Source of the DNA: an uncultured delta proteobacterium
GTDB lineage: Bacteria; Desulfobacterota; Binatia; UBA9968
NCBI GenBank assembly: GCA_963760795.1
Contig: CAVXEP010000013.1
Location: 192,001 to 256,000 of the forward strand
DNA length: 64,000 bases
Direction: 5' to 3'
The translations under genes and the position numbers were made by a program. Under the pieces are notes generated by a model, which was not told where the DNA came from, did not search any database, and saw nothing but the letters and a program-made list of their open reading frames with translations. Positions 20,303 through 31,962 of this stretch are shown here, piece after piece; positions within the stretch are counted from its first letter, which is position 1; each line of letters begins with the position of its first letter.

Positions 20303-23300
20303 TCACTCACTTCGCTCGATCAGTCCCAAGATCCCCGTGATCGGCACGATCACCCAATCGGGACGGTTATTTAATTCATAGCCCAATTCGTAAACCGCTT
20401 TCTCGAGCAGGTAGACATCCAGCAGCAGTCTTAGCTCGCTGGCGGATTTCGGCAGAAAGGCCGCCTGGCGCGTCGCGTCGAGATAACCCTTTAAAAAATT
20501 AACCGACACCCAGCGGTTCCAGAAGCGCGCCCAAGGTTGCAGTTGAGCGAGATCGTCCGGCCGGACCTGGTCGCCTTTGAGCTTGCTGACTGCAGCGTAA
20601 TCGAAGGATCGCAGCATCCCCGCGACATCGCGCAGCGGCGAGCGCTTGATACGCCGCTCGGTCATCGGCCGCGCCGGTTCGCCCTCGAAGTCGATGATGA
20701 CAAAATCCTTACCGGTAAAAAGCACCTGGCCGAGATGATAATCGCCGTGGCAGCGGATGCTCATCGCGGTGATCTTGGCTGCGGAGATTTGGCGAAAGCG
20801 CTCGAAGATGGCGGATTCCAGCTTCACGACTTTTTCCGCGCTGCCGCGAACCGGTTCGGCCAGTCCCTTAAGCCGCTCGCTTAACAGCGTCAACGATTGG
20901 TCCGCCAACGTGCGCATGCTCTGGTAGAGCGAGCGGCGGGAAAGCGCCGTAAAGGGTTCTGGCGCGAACGCCGGGCTTTTACTGTCCGAGGCGAGGGCAA
21001 CGTGCAATTCCCCGGTACGCTGGCCGAGCAAATGAGCCGACTCCAGATATGACCCGATGAGTTCGCGCGCCAACTCGGGCAGCTCCTGTTCCGCCAACTC
21101 GATCAGCGGCTGCGCCGGCAGCGCCGCGCCGGCGGCGTCTTGCGGACGGGTAAGAATTCCGTCGACGAAATGGCCCAGGCTGTCCAGCGTATAGCGCCAA
21201 GCGTCGCCTTCATTGGCAACCCATCCTTGGACGATCCCCACCGTTGCCGGCTCGCCCTTGCCCCGGCCCTTGCGCATCTCCAAATAGCCGGCGAGGGGCG
21301 GCGTGTGCGAAAAACCCGCCTTTTCTGTCAGGAAACCGCCGATCTCAAGATCGGGGTTGACTCCCTCGATAACGCGGCGGAAAATTTTCAAGATCATGCG
21401 GTCGCCGTAGACCACCGAGGTATTGCTTTGTTCGCGTTTGAGCATCGCCGGCTCCAGGTGGGCGTCCGCGCCGCCGCGCACTTTGCGGAATACTTTGGCT
21501 GGCAGCGCCGCCAACTGCAAATTCGCCCCTTGGAAACGGCGGCCGCGCTCGACAGCATGAAGCAGCGCCTTGCAAAAATTAGCGTCATAGAGCGCGTCGT
21601 AAAGCAGCCCTTCGCTGTCGTGGTTTTTTTCCTTGACGGTCAATTGCGCGACCGCTGCTTGCGGGTTCGCCTGGCGCAGCTCGAAGGCGCGCTCCCCCGA
21701 GGCAAAAGCGAGAGGCAGCAAGTAGCTCTCCGGCGTGGCGCCGAGAAACTGGACTTCCCAGGTCGTGATGTAAGCGCTGACGCCGTCGGCATCGAACGGA
21801 ATGACGTCGATATTTTTCACCGAACGGATTTGCTGCCCCTTGCCGCCGAACCACCGACAACTCATGAAATACGCCGGCAGGGTGCGCTCGAAAACCGCGC
21901 GCGGCTTGCCCTCAAGGATGTGCTCCCAAGCGCCGGTCACCGTCAATTTTGCCGGCTCGAAGCCGTCGATCATTGAGCGCGCTTGGGAAATCTGCGGCGG
22001 CAACAGTTTGAACCAGTAGAAGGCATGCGGGCCGAAGGTGAGAAAATAGGGCAACTCGCCGATCGGTGGAAAGCGCGTGTTGCCGAACAATTCCACCGGC
22101 ACCATGCCTTTGTAAGCCGACAAATCGAGCTCCGCGCAATTGACAAAGCGGGAAAGATTGGCGGCCACCAGGATAATTTCATCCTTGTGGCGACGGATGA
22201 ACACCAGCGCCTTGCGATTTTCCGGCAAGAGAAAATCGATGCTGCCTTCGCCGAAGGCGCGGTAGCTTTTGCGCAGCAGGATCAAACGCTTCATCCACCA
22301 GAGCAGGGAGCTGGGATTTTGCTGGTGCGCTTCGACGTTGACCGTTTCGTAATGATGCTCGGGATCGATGATCACCGGCAAAAATAGCTTTTGCGGATTG
22401 GCCCGGGAGAAACCCGCGTTGCGATCGGCGCTCCATTGCATGGGCGTGCGCACGCCGTTGCGGTCGCCGAGATAAATATTATCGCCCATGCCGATCTCGT
22501 CGCCGTAATAAATCACCGGTGTGCCGGTGAGCGAGAACAGCAAGCTATTGAGCAATTCCATGCGCCGGCGGTTGTTGCCCAAGAGCGGCGCCAAACGGCG
22601 GCGGATGCCGAGATTGATGCGCGCGCGCGGATCGTTGGCGTAGACTTTGTACATATAGTCGCGGTCTTCGTCGGTGACCATCTCGAGCGTCAGCTCGTCA
22701 TGATTGCGCAGGAACATCGCCCACTGGCTCGATTCCGGAATCGCCGGGGTCTGCTCGAGGATGTCGATGATCGGGAAACGGTCTTCCATGTGCAACGCCA
22801 TGAACAGCCGCGGCATCACCGGAAAATGAAACGCCATGTGGCACTCGTCGCCGGCGCCAAAGTAGGCCACAGCGTCCTCCGGCCATTGATTCGCCTCGGC
22901 GAGCAACATGCGGTAGTTATATTTCTTGTCGACATGGCGTCTCAGCTCTTTCAAAAAGGCATGGGTTTCCGGAAGATTTTCGCAGTTGGTGCCGTCGCGC
23001 TCGTATAAATAAGGCACGGCATCGAGGCGCAGACCGTCGACGCCCATGTCGAGCCAAAAATCCAAGACGGCGAAAAGCGCTTTCTTCACTTCCGGATTGT
23101 CGAAGTTCAGATCGGGCTGATGCGCATAGAAGCGATGCCAAAAATAGGCCTTGGCGACGGGATCCCAGGACCAATTGGACGACTCAAAATCTTTGAAAAT
23201 AATCCGCGCCTCTTGATAGCGCTCCTGATTGTCGTGCCAAACGTAATAATCGCGCGCGGCGCTTCCCGGCTTGGCCTCGCGGGCGCGCTGAAACCAGGGA

Positions 23301-23671
23301 TGCTGGTCGGAAGTATGATTGACGACCAATTCGGTGATCACGCGAAGCCCGCGCCGGTGCGCTTCGCGCAAAAATGTTCGGAAATCTTGCAGCGTGCCAT
23401 AATCGGCATGGATGCCGGTGTAGTCGGCGATATCGTAGCCATCGTCGCGCAGCGGCGAGGGATAAAAAGGCAAAAGCCACAGCGCCGTGACGCCCAGGTC
23501 CTGCAAATAGTCGAGCTTTTCCGTGAGGCCGACAAAATCGCCTATGCCGTCGCCATTGCCGTCGCAAAAAGCGCGCACGTGGATTTCATAGATTACCGCG
23601 TCTTTATACCAATACGGATTCTCTTCCAGGGAAGCGATTTCGAGTTTTCGTGGTTGACGACCCATATTCAT
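20303..23671 (-). CDS. treS: Trehalose synthase fused to maltokinase (TreS-Mak/Pep2)
   Basis: [37 protein letters not shown]; C-terminal [33 protein letters not shown]. Confidence 0.95.
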   Translation of the reverse strand: MNMGRQPRKLEIASLEENPYWYKDAVIYEIHVRAFCDGNGDGIGDFVGLTEKLDYLQDLGVTALWLLPFYPSPLRDDGYDIADYTGIHADYGTLQDFRTFLREAHRRGLRVITELVVNHTSDQHPWFQRAREAKPGSAARDYYVWHDNQERYQEARIIFKDFESSNWSWDPVAKAYFWHRFYAHQPDLNFDNPEVKKALFAVLDFWLDMGVDGLRLDAVPYLYERDGTNCENLPETHAFLKELRRHVDKKYNYRMLLAEANQWPEDAVAYFGAGDECHMAFHFPVMPRLFMALHMEDRFPIIDILEQTPAIPESSQWAMFLRNHDELTLEMVTDEDRDYMYKVYANDPRARINLGIRRRLAPLLGNNRRRMELLNSLLFSLTGTPVIYYGDEIGMGDNIYLGDRNGVRTPMQWSADRNAGFSRANPQKLFLPVIIDPEHHYETVNVEAHQQNPSSLLWWMKRLILLRKSYRAFGEGSIDFLLPENRKALVFIRRHKDEIILVAANLSRFVNCAELDLSAYKGMVPVELFGNTRFPPIGELPYFLTFGPHAFYWFKLLPPQISQARSMIDGFEPAKLTVTGAWEHILEGKPRAVFERTLPAYFMSCRWFGGKGQQIRSVKNIDVIPFDADGVSAYITTWEVQFLGATPESYLLPLAFASGERAFELRQANPQAAVAQLTVKEKNHDSEGLLYDALYDANFCKALLHAVERGRRFQGANLQLAALPAKVFRKVRGGADAHLEPAMLKREQSNTSVVYGDRMILKIFRRVIEGVNPDLEIGGFLTEKAGFSHTPPLAGYLEMRKGRGKGEPATVGIVQGWVANEGDAWRYTLDSLGHFVDGILTRPQDAAGAALPAQPLIELAEQELPELARELIGSYLESAHLLGQRTGELHVALASDSKSPAFAPEPFTALSRRSLYQSMRTLADQSLTLLSERLKGLAEPVRGSAEKVVKLESAIFERFRQISAAKITAMSIRCHGDYHLGQVLFTGKDFVIIDFEGEPARPMTERRIKRSPLRDVAGMLRSFDYAAVSKLKGDQVRPDDLAQLQPWARFWNRWVSVNFLKGYLDATRQAAFLPKSASELRLLLDVYLLEKAVYELGYELNNRPDWVIVPITGILGLIERSE

Positions 23672-23685
23672 TAATCCGTTTCGTT

Positions 23686-25728
23686 TTACAGGAAATAATC
23701 GAAGTCCTGCTCGCGGCGCAGTTTATGGCGCACCCGGAAAATCTGCGCCGGCATGCTCAGCGGGTCGAGTTGGAGAAAGTTTCGCGCGCCATGCCAGAGA
23801 TAGCGGGCGCCGGTTAACAGTTCATGCATCTGATAGGGTTGCTTCGGTTCGAGCCCGAGCAACTCGGCGTCGAGTTCGACCCAGCCGGACTGGCTATGAT
23901 GGGGATCGAGATTGACAACGACGACGATGGCGTTGGTCAGGTCGTCGGACTGTTTGCTGAAGCAAATCAGCTGGGAATTATCGACTGGATGAAATCTCAG
24001 GCTGCGGTCGCCGTGCAGCGCCGGATTGTCGCGCCGAATCCGGTTCACCAGCGCGATGATCTCTTTCAAGCTGTCCGGTTTCGCCAGATCCCAATGTCTG
24101 AGCTGGTATTTTTCCGAGTTGAGAAACTCCTCGCTGCCGGCCTCCCGCGCGACATTTTCGCAAAGCTCGAAGGCGGGACCGTAGATCCCGTAGTTTGCCC
24201 CGAGCATCGCGGCAAGCACCAAGCGCGCCATGAACGCGGGGCGGCCGCCAAATTGCAGATACTCGGTCAGGATGTCCGGCGTCGTCGGCCACAGGTTCGG
24301 GCGGAAATATTCGGCCACTGCGGTCTGGGTAAGCTCGGTGAAGTACTCGGTTAGCTCCGCGCTCGTGTTACGCCAGGCAAAATAACTGTACGACTGGCTA
24401 AAGCCGAGCTTGGCCAGGCGGTACATGACTTTCGGGCGCGTGAAAGCTTCGGCCAGAAAGATTGCGTCGGGATATTCTTTTCTAACTTCGGCGATGGCCC
24501 ACTCCCAAAAGGGCAGAGCCTTGGTGTGGGGATTATCGACGCGAAAGATCCGCACGCCTTGCTCGCACCAAAAGATCACAATACTTTTCAGCTCGCGCCA
24601 AAGCTCTTGCCAATCCTCGCTCTCGAAATCGATGGGGTAGATGTCTTGGTATTTCTTCGGCGGATTCTCGGCGTATTGGATCGAACCGTCAGGACGTTTA
24701 CGAAACCATTCGACATGGTCTTTGACATAAGGATGATCCGGCGTGCACTGAAAAGCGATGTCGAGAGCGATTTCCAGACCCTGCTCCTTGGCCTTGGCGA
24801 CCAACTGGTGAAAATCCGCCAGCGTCCCGAGTTGCGGATGAATCGACTTATGACCGCCCTCCTTGGCGCCGATCGCCCAGGGACTGCCGACATCGTCCGG
24901 CGCGGCGCTCATCGCATTGTTTTTGCCTTTGCGAAACGACACGCCGATCGGATGAATCGGCGGCAGATAGAGAACGTCGAATCCCATGGACGCTACGTAG
25001 GGCAGCCGGGCGATGCAATCTTTAAACGTCCCGTGGACACCGGCTGTCGGCGCGCACGAGCGCGGGAACATTTCGTACCAGGCGCTAAACTGAGCCCGTT
25101 TGCGCTCCACGGCGACGCGCAGTTCTTTGCCATAGGTCACCGCCCAACGCCGGTCGGGATACCGCGCCATCAAGGTGGCCAGTTCTTCCGCCAACGCGAG
25201 CCGAGAGGCTTCCATGGTGTCCGCCCGCAGCGCTTTAGCGAAGCGATCAAGCGTTTTACTATGGTTGCCGTTAGCGCGCTTAGCGCCGAGTGTCACGAGT
25301 TCGGCTCCGGTCAGCAGCTCGACCTCGACATCCTGTCCGGCTGCGACCTTTTTCTCGAAACCATGGCGCCACGATTTGAAGCGATCGATCCAGGCTCGGA
25401 CCGTATAATAGTAATCGCCCAGTCCGGTAACTTGGAATTGACCGCGCCAGATATCGTTGGCCGAAGGCTGCATCGGCACTTCGATCCACTGGCCGCGCTC
25501 GCCGTGGCGGTACAGGAGCGCCGCCGATAATTCATCGTGGCCATCGGCGAAGATATCTGCTTCGACAACAACCCCCTCGCCATCGATGCGCTTGATCGCG
25601 AAACGGCCACCGTCCGCAATCGGCCTGACAGCGTCAATGACCACGCGCTCGCGCCCTTCCGTGACGATCGGCGCGGCCGTTCGCGGCAGCCGATTAGCGC
25701 CGGTGTTCTTCTTGCGTTTCCTGCTCAT
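23686..25728 (-). CDS. glgE: Alpha-1,4-glucan:maltose-1-phosphate maltosyltransferase
   Basis: [48 protein letters not shown]. Confidence 0.96.
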   Translation of the reverse strand: MSRKRKKNTGANRLPRTAAPIVTEGRERVVIDAVRPIADGGRFAIKRIDGEGVVVEADIFADGHDELSAALLYRHGERGQWIEVPMQPSANDIWRGQFQVTGLGDYYYTVRAWIDRFKSWRHGFEKKVAAGQDVEVELLTGAELVTLGAKRANGNHSKTLDRFAKALRADTMEASRLALAEELATLMARYPDRRWAVTYGKELRVAVERKRAQFSAWYEMFPRSCAPTAGVHGTFKDCIARLPYVASMGFDVLYLPPIHPIGVSFRKGKNNAMSAAPDDVGSPWAIGAKEGGHKSIHPQLGTLADFHQLVAKAKEQGLEIALDIAFQCTPDHPYVKDHVEWFRKRPDGSIQYAENPPKKYQDIYPIDFESEDWQELWRELKSIVIFWCEQGVRIFRVDNPHTKALPFWEWAIAEVRKEYPDAIFLAEAFTRPKVMYRLAKLGFSQSYSYFAWRNTSAELTEYFTELTQTAVAEYFRPNLWPTTPDILTEYLQFGGRPAFMARLVLAAMLGANYGIYGPAFELCENVAREAGSEEFLNSEKYQLRHWDLAKPDSLKEIIALVNRIRRDNPALHGDRSLRFHPVDNSQLICFSKQSDDLTNAIVVVVNLDPHHSQSGWVELDAELLGLEPKQPYQMHELLTGARYLWHGARNFLQLDPLSMPAQIFRVRHKLRREQDFDYFL

Positions 25729-25755
25729 CTTGCCATCCGAGTGTTTCTCTTCACG

Positions 25756-26976
25756 TCATCCACGATTGGGCGGGATCGCTTGCGGCGCCGCCTTGACCGA
25801 AATCCTGACCGAAGTGGGGCTGAATTCTTGCAAGGTCAGCTCCTTGGGAAAGCGCAGGTCTTTATCGGAAAGTGTAAACGTGCGCCGGCCCACCTCCGCC
25901 ATAGCGACATCGGCGCTAATGCGAATCTTCTTCCGATCGAAAAGATAAAAGGTCCGCAGCGGCGCGCTAAACGTAGCGCTAACCACCGGCGGATAAACCG
26001 CTTCGAGTTGCAAGTGCGCCGGCAGGTTCTCCACCGTGACTGGAACCTTGTAATTCACCTCGACAAGCTTCGATCCCGGCACGAACAAATACCAAAGTGC
26101 GATCGCCAGACAGATCGACACGGCCTTGGTCAGCCAATTTTCGCGCAGCAGTCCCAAGCGCAGCGACCCGTTCGCCTTGGCCGGAAACCTCTCATTCAAG
26201 AATGTTTGAATCGCCGCGCCGAGCGCCTGGGAACCGTCGAGCTGCCGGAGCCGGCCGTTGCGGGCGATGGAAATCGTTCCGCGCTCTTCGGAGACGACCA
26301 AACAGAGCGCGTCGCAAAGTTCCGCCATCCCCAAAGCCGCGCTATGGCGCGTGCCCACTTGAGCCGTCTGCGCTAGATCCTTTGACAGCGGCAGATGGGC
26401 CGCGAAGCGCGTCAGCTGATCGTGCTCAATAAGTACCGCGCCGTCATGGCCGGGTGAATGGTTATCGAAAATGCTGCGCAGGAGCGGCACGCTCAATCGA
26501 CCGTTGAGCGCAATACCGCCCGTGATATGGCGATCGATCGGATCCTTCCCCGCGATCACCACCAGGGCACCGATATGATCGCGCGCCAAGTCGGCCAAGG
26601 TGCGAACCAGAATATCGGCGGTGGCGGAAGTCGCCGTCGGAACCGGCTGGCGGGTAAAACTCCACACCGCGATGCGCTCGAACATCTGGCGCAGCTCCTC
26701 TTGGAAGATCACCACAATCATCACGACAAAGACCGCGAAGAACGCTTGAAAAATCCATGCGGTCATCTGCAAGTCCAGATAACGCACCAGCAAGTAGGCG
26801 GCACCCAGAATCATGATCCCGCGCACCACGAATGCGGCTCTTGTGCGGCGCAGCCATACGATCGCGGTGTAGACAAGAATCGCAACCAGCAAGACGTCGA
26901 CGATCTCACCGATGGTAATAGTTGCGAAGGGTATAAGGGTATCGCTATTCATTATTGCTAGAATACCTGATTCCAA
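25756..26976 (-). CDS. cdaA: Diadenylate cyclase CdaA with fused C-terminal YbbR/CdaR-like region
   Basis: Three TM helices, IFQEELR, SPGHDGA, GTRHSAALG, VVSEERG; then NWLTKAVSICLAIALWY TM and a YbbR-like VPVTVENLP segment. Confidence 0.85.
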   Translation of the reverse strand: MESGILAIMNSDTLIPFATITIGEIVDVLLVAILVYTAIVWLRRTRAAFVVRGIMILGAAYLLVRYLDLQMTAWIFQAFFAVFVVMIVVIFQEELRQMFERIAVWSFTRQPVPTATSATADILVRTLADLARDHIGALVVIAGKDPIDRHITGGIALNGRLSVPLLRSIFDNHSPGHDGAVLIEHDQLTRFAAHLPLSKDLAQTAQVGTRHSAALGMAELCDALCLVVSEERGTISIARNGRLRQLDGSQALGAAIQTFLNERFPAKANGSLRLGLLRENWLTKAVSICLAIALWYLFVPGSKLVEVNYKVPVTVENLPAHLQLEAVYPPVVSATFSAPLRTFYLFDRKKIRISADVAMAEVGRRTFTLSDKDLRFPKELTLQEFSPTSVRISVKAAPQAIPPNRG

Positions 26977-27064
26977 CTGGTTGTTTTAGCCTGTCTCAGG
27001 GTAATCTCTGGTTTTCGTGTAACCTTATGCGATTTTGCCAGCGACGTACCGGGTGGCGGTGCTT

Positions 27065-28021
27065 CTATCGAATGGCTGCTTGAGGCATTCCCGCCATCTC
27101 GTACAGCAGCGCGATGCGCCGGGCAATCGGTGGATGGGTCGTTAGCAAGTTAGCCAAGCCGCTCTCGCTGTCGTCTAACCGGCGGCGTATCGGATCGCAG
27201 AAAAACAGCGGCGCGGTGCCGCGCATGGCTTTGTTTACCGGCCCACCGGCATCGCGAATCTTTTCCAGCGCCCGCGCCAAGCCGCGCGGGTTGCGCGTGT
27301 ACTCGGCGGCCGTGGCGTCGGCGAGATACTCTCTTTGGCGCGACACCGCCATCGCCAATAGCTGAGCGAGCAACGGCGACACCGCCACCAGCAACAACAA
27401 TGGAATAAACAACGCGGGGTTCTTAGCGCCGTCGCGGCGGTTTGCGCGCGAGCGAAAAGCGCCGCGTTGCCCCCAGTCCGCCAAGATCGCGATGCCGCCG
27501 ACCAGGACGCTTACCAAGGTCATGAGCAAAGTGTCTTGGTTGCGAATATGTGAGATCTCATGGGCGACCACGCCTTGAGTCTCTTCACGGTCGAGCAAAG
27601 TCAGCAGTCCTGTGGTCATGCAGATCGCCGAGTTTCGGTCATTGGTACCGGTAGCCAGAGCGTTGGGCGCGGCGTCGTTGATCACATAGACCTGCGGCAT
27701 CGCCGAACCCGACGCCAGCGCCATCTCGGTGACGATGTTACGCAACTCACGGTGCTCGGGGATTTGCATGTCTAATTTTTCCGCGCCGAGGGAGCCGAGG
27801 ATCAAACGGCTACCGCCATAGTAGGCGGTTAGCGTAGTGAACGTCGCAAAGCTCAGCGCCACGACCGTCGCGATGGGAAACCGCGACCCCGCCGGCGTGA
27901 ATTCATCGAAGTATGAATAGTCGACCGCGCCGCCGATGAGGAGAAACAAAAGAATGAAGAAGCCCAGCAGCGCAGCACTCCAGCGCTGATTATGGGCCTG
28001 GCGTTGGGCGAAATCGATCAA
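27065..28021 (-). CDS. htpX: M48 family zinc metalloprotease (HtpX-like)
   Basis: APNALATG, HEISH, SRQREYLADA, THPPIARRI; likely TTG start at 28021 just after the lemA stop. Confidence 0.88.
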   Translation of the reverse strand: MIDFAQRQAHNQRWSAALLGFFILLFLLIGGAVDYSYFDEFTPAGSRFPIATVVALSFATFTTLTAYYGGSRLILGSLGAEKLDMQIPEHRELRNIVTEMALASGSAMPQVYVINDAAPNALATGTNDRNSAICMTTGLLTLLDREETQGVVAHEISHIRNQDTLLMTLVSVLVGGIAILADWGQRGAFRSRANRRDGAKNPALFIPLLLLVAVSPLLAQLLAMAVSRQREYLADATAAEYTRNPRGLARALEKIRDAGGPVNKAMRGTAPLFFCDPIRRRLDDSESGLANLLTTHPPIARRIALLYEMAGMPQAAIR

Positions 28022-28037
28022 CGGTGTGCGCGGCGAG

Positions 28038-28595
28038 CTAGCGTGGCAACGACAAACTGACTTTGGGCAGCGCCATTTCGGCATCGGGCACGGCGAACAA
28101 TTCGCTGGGCTGGAATTTGAAGAAACCGGCGATCAGATTGCCGGGGAAAACCTGCTGCTTGGTGTTATATTGAGTGACCAGATCGTTGTAGTATTGGCGC
28201 GAAAACGCAATCTGATTTTCCGTCGTCGCCAGCTCTTCCTGCAGGTCGAGAACGTTCTTGTTGGATTTCAAGTCGGGATAGTTCTCCATCAGCACGAAGA
28301 CTTTGCCGAGGGATTCGCTCAATGCGCCCTGCGCCTCGGCCGTCTGCTTGACGCCCGTCGATACCATCGCCTTGCTGCGCGCGTCGATGACCTTTTGCAG
28401 CGTGTCCTGTTCGAACTGCATGTAGCCCTTGACGGTTTCGACTAAATTGGGAATCAAATCGTAGCGCCGCTTGAGCTGGACGTTGATCTGGTGCCAGCCG
28501 TTTTGCACCCGCAAGCGCAGCGCGGTCAGCGTGTTGTAGGTCGAGATGATCCAGATACCGGCGACAAAAACGATACCCCAAATGACGTAGATCAT
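28038..28595 (-). CDS. lemA: LemA family protein
   Basis: QLKRRYDLIPNLVETVKGY, ENYPDLKS, ENQIAFSRQYYN; ATG 28595. Confidence 0.95.
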   Translation of the reverse strand: MIYVIWGIVFVAGIWIISTYNTLTALRLRVQNGWHQINVQLKRRYDLIPNLVETVKGYMQFEQDTLQKVIDARSKAMVSTGVKQTAEAQGALSESLGKVFVLMENYPDLKSNKNVLDLQEELATTENQIAFSRQYYNDLVTQYNTKQQVFPGNLIAGFFKFQPSELFAVPDAEMALPKVSLSLPR

Positions 28596-28597
28596 GT

Positions 28598-29620
28598 TTA
28601 GCGTCCCTTTCCCCACTCGTCGCGCATGAGAATATCCTGGGTCACGTCGCGCACCCTTCCGACGCCGGTCATCACCAGCACGCGCTGCATCTCTTCGGCG
28701 AAAACATTGAACACCCGCTCGACACCGCGCGCGCCGAAAGCGCCGACGCCCCAGGCCACCGGCCGGCCGGCGAGCACCGCTTTGGCGCCCAGCGCCAGGG
28801 CTTTAACGATATCACCGCCGCTGCGAATGCCGCTGTCGAGCAGCACCGAAACTTTAGCGCCGACGGCATCGACGACTTCGGGCAACGCTTCCAAAGCCGA
28901 GCGGTTGAAATCGAGAATCCGCCCGCCATGATTGGAAACCACCACGGCATCGGCGCCGGAGTTGACGGCAATCTTGGCGTCAGCGGCGCCCATGATGCCT
29001 TTGACCACCACCGGCAGTTTTACCATCTGCTTCATCCACTCGATGTCTTTGGGCGTCGACTTATGGCCCTTGCGCGGTTTGCCGTCCTTGGTCGACAACG
29101 GCACCTCATCGCCGATCTTCACCGGCTTGACGGTGTCCATGGTGATGCCGACAGCGGCGAAGCCCAAGTCCTGCGCCGTCTTGGCGTACGCTTCGACCTC
29201 TTCCCTGCCGCGATTCATATAGGCCATGAACACCAGCGGCGACTTGTCGGCAGCGCGCCAGTCGTGCAGGTTGAAATGCGCGGCCTGACTGACAAACATC
29301 ATCGCGCCCGCGCGATCCGTGCCTTCAGCCACTTCGCGCTCAGCATCTTTGCCAATCAAGCTAAAACTCCCCACTGGCGCCGTGATCGCCGGAATCGGCA
29401 ACGTCTTGCCGAACAACTCGACGGAAATATCCGGCTCGCTGACATCGTGGAAAATTTTCTGGCGAAATAAGTATTGCTGAAACGCCCGCGGATTGCGGTG
29501 AAAGGTCGACTTGGTCTCGGCTGCGCCGTTGAAATGCGTCCACGCCTCCGCCGGCGCCTTCTGCCGCATGATCCCGCGCAGATCGCGCAGCCCCATCTGT
29601 TCCAGTGGTTTGTCAGTCAT
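28598..29620 (-). CDS. FMN-dependent alpha-hydroxy acid oxidase/dehydrogenase family
   Basis: LPVVVKGI, VSNHGGR, DSGIRSGGDIVKALALGA; ATG 29620. Confidence 0.9.
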   Translation of the reverse strand: MTDKPLEQMGLRDLRGIMRQKAPAEAWTHFNGAAETKSTFHRNPRAFQQYLFRQKIFHDVSEPDISVELFGKTLPIPAITAPVGSFSLIGKDAEREVAEGTDRAGAMMFVSQAAHFNLHDWRAADKSPLVFMAYMNRGREEVEAYAKTAQDLGFAAVGITMDTVKPVKIGDEVPLSTKDGKPRKGHKSTPKDIEWMKQMVKLPVVVKGIMGAADAKIAVNSGADAVVVSNHGGRILDFNRSALEALPEVVDAVGAKVSVLLDSGIRSGGDIVKALALGAKAVLAGRPVAWGVGAFGARGVERVFNVFAEEMQRVLVMTGVGRVRDVTQDILMRDEWGKGR

Positions 29621-29690
29621 AAATTGTCCGCCTATTGGGTGTAGTGAACTATAAACCGGTTGGGGTCGTTCGCTTGTGATCAAAATGCTC

Positions 29691-29713
29691 TAGAGGCGAC
29701 CGGCCGGTCGCCC
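29691..29713. repeat. REP-like palindrome
   Basis: Perfect palindrome ggcgaccgg|ccggtcgcc preceded by a TAG-containing foot. Confidence 0.5.
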
Positions 29714-29767
29714 TCTTGAAGCCTTACTGTCCTCTCCCATGAGGAAGAGGAAACAATCTGAAAAAAA

Positions 29768-30619
29768 TCAATTCGCTGTCGCAATCTCCCAGCAATTCGT
29801 CCCCGGATCGCGAAAACAAAATGACGCGGAGCCGTTGGTTTCCTGGAGCGGAAATAGTTCGCGCACGCCCAATGCTTCGCCTCTCTCCCTGAATTGCCGA
29901 TAGACATCTTTCACCGCGTCCTTCGACGCCACGGTCAGGGTATTGCGAAAGTTCGCCGAGAACACCGGGGCATTTTGGCGCAGCGCGCAGACGATAAAAG
30001 TTTTCGTCGTCGGATGCTTGATGTAGATCACATTATCGTTAAACCGGTGCGCGTCCAGGCCCAAGACATTGGTGTAAAAATTCTTGCTCGCCTCCAGGTC
30101 AGTGGCAACCAAAGTGCCATGGGTGAACCCCTGGGGCACGTAGCCGCGTCCTGGAAAGCGCTCCTCCGGCAGCAACTGATCCCAGTGCGCCATCTTCACC
30201 GCGCCGAAGCGCTCCGCGGTCGCCTGTTTGCGATTGAACGCCTCGTAGCACTCGATCTCCCAGCCATTGCTGCCGGGTTCGACGAAATAGCAGGAATAGG
30301 AGCCATGACTCCAGGTCGGCTTGCCGATGGCGCCGAGTTTGTAGTCGGCTTTGTGCGCCAGTAAATAATCGTAGGCCCGGTCCACTTCTTCCGGACTGAC
30401 CACGCGCACGCCCCAATGATTGTGCATCGGCTTCGCTGGCGCGTCCGGCCCGGCCTCATGGACCACCAACTGCCAATGGGTGTTGGGATGCTTGAGCGTC
30501 GCCTCGCCGGGCTTCTCGGATAGCTTCTCGAAGGCCAACAGCTCGGTGAGAACTTTCAACGAGTCGTGCAGGTTGCGGCACTCCATATGAGTCGCCGCCA
30601 ATCCGGTGGTGTTGATCAT
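29768..30619 (-). CDS. Two-domain VOC (glyoxalase/extradiol dioxygenase superfamily) protein
   Basis: Tandem VOC halves (HMEC..., HNHWG, YFVEPGSNGWEI; HGTL..., CFRDPGTNCWEI); AGGAG RBS before ATG 30619. Confidence 0.8.
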   Translation of the reverse strand: MINTTGLAATHMECRNLHDSLKVLTELLAFEKLSEKPGEATLKHPNTHWQLVVHEAGPDAPAKPMHNHWGVRVVSPEEVDRAYDYLLAHKADYKLGAIGKPTWSHGSYSCYFVEPGSNGWEIECYEAFNRKQATAERFGAVKMAHWDQLLPEERFPGRGYVPQGFTHGTLVATDLEASKNFYTNVLGLDAHRFNDNVIYIKHPTTKTFIVCALRQNAPVFSANFRNTLTVASKDAVKDVYRQFRERGEALGVRELFPLQETNGSASFCFRDPGTNCWEIATAN

Positions 30620-30655
30620 ATTCGAACTCCTAACCATGGCTGAATCGTTCCGGAA

Positions 30656-30684
30656 AATTTACAGCCGCAGCACCGGGGTGTCAA
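30656..30684 (-). promoter_or_regulatory. sigma70-like promoter for the VOC gene
   Basis: TTGACA-17 nt-TAAATT on the minus strand. Confidence 0.55.
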
Positions 30685-30719
30685 ACTGGCCGGATGAAGG
30701 GTAGCGGTTGAGTGTGGCA

Positions 30720-30786
30720 AGATCCCTCTCTTCGTTTGAGATGACGGCGGCTTGAAGTCTGTCATTTCGAGCGCAGCGAGAAATCT
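30720..30786. repeat. Paired GTCAT-type palindromic repeats
   Basis: agatccctctcttcgtttgagatgac and gtcatttcgagcgcagcgagaaatct in inverted orientation; same family at 43096-43153. Confidence 0.65.
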
Positions 30787-30838
30787 CACCCGCCCGCAGC
30801 ACCGGGCCAACATCAAGCGGAATCAGCGCCAATTCGCC

Positions 30839-30867
30839 TTGACACAAAGTTGCCTTTTCCTTACATT
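30839..30867 (+). promoter_or_regulatory. sigma70-like promoter for the Bug/TctC genes
   Basis: TTGACA-17 nt-TACATT, 33 nt upstream of ATG 30901. Confidence 0.55.
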
Positions 30868-30900
30868 CGCCGAGCCTTCGACGGAAGGAGCGGACTTTCC

Positions 30901-31926
30901 ATGAAATTACCCATCGCGCTTGTCGCAGCCGCGCTGTTAACCCGCGCCATCCTTCCTGACAGCGCCGCCGCCCAGGAAAATTTCTACCAGGGCAAAACCA
31001 TCCGCATGATCGTTGGCACTTCGGCCGGCGGCGGCTTCGATACTTATACGCGGACCATCGCGCGCCATTTCGGCAAGCATGTGCCGGGGCAGCCGTCCAT
31101 CGTCGTCGACAACATGGCTGGCGCCGGCCATTTGATCGCCGCCAATCACATGTACAGAGTCGCCAAACCCGACGGCCTGACCCTTGGCCACTTCCACGGC
31201 GGCTGGTTTCTCTATCAACTGTTCAAACGGCCGGGCATCGAGTTCGACGCGACGAAATTTGAATTCTTGGGCTCGCCGATCAAAGAAAGCCGCGCCTGTG
31301 CGTTTACCAAAGCCAGCGGCATCACCAGCGTGGAAAGATGGTTGGCGTCAAAGACGCCGGTAAAAGTCGGCGGCATCGGCGGCGGTGCGCCGGACGACAT
31401 GGCGCGCATGCTCACCGCCACCACGGCGCTGCCGATCCAACTAGTCACCGGCTACAAAGGCACATCGGAGATTCGCCTGGCGGCAGAGAGCGGCGAGTTG
31501 GCCGGCGGTTGCTGGACCTGGGATTCGATTCGTTCGACTTGGAGCAAAGCGATTCAATCGGGTGAAGCCATCGTCGTGCTGCAAGCGCTGTCCAAACCTC
31601 ATCCGGATTTACCCAACGTGCCGCTGGCGCAAAGCCTGGCTAAGACGGATGAAGCGCGCCAACTGCTTCAGGCCGGCGTCCAAGATCCCGCCGACTTCTA
31701 CCGCCCCTACGTCGCCCCGCCGCGCACCCCCAAACCACGCGTCGACACGCTGCGCCAAGCATTCGCCGCGACCATGAAGGATGCGGAGTTCCTCGCCGAC
31801 GCCAAGAAAGCCAACCTGGACATCGAACCGATCACCGGCCAGGAAATGGAAAAACTCGTCGCCGGGATTTTCAAGCTCAACCCGGCACTCGCGGCGAAGC
31901 TCAAGAATATTTTGAATCCGACCTAA
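30901..31926 (+). CDS. Bug/TctC tripartite tricarboxylate transporter substrate-binding protein
   Basis: FYQGKTIRMIVGTSAGGGFD, DNMAGAG, KPDGLTL, GYKGTSEIRLA. Confidence 0.9.
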   Translation: MKLPIALVAAALLTRAILPDSAAAQENFYQGKTIRMIVGTSAGGGFDTYTRTIARHFGKHVPGQPSIVVDNMAGAGHLIAANHMYRVAKPDGLTLGHFHGGWFLYQLFKRPGIEFDATKFEFLGSPIKESRACAFTKASGITSVERWLASKTPVKVGGIGGGAPDDMARMLTATTALPIQLVTGYKGTSEIRLAAESGELAGGCWTWDSIRSTWSKAIQSGEAIVVLQALSKPHPDLPNVPLAQSLAKTDEARQLLQAGVQDPADFYRPYVAPPRTPKPRVDTLRQAFAATMKDAEFLADAKKANLDIEPITGQEMEKLVAGIFKLNPALAAKLKNILNPT

Positions 31927-31962
31927 GCCATTGCCGTCAATCCAGTCAGAGAGGTTATCGTC

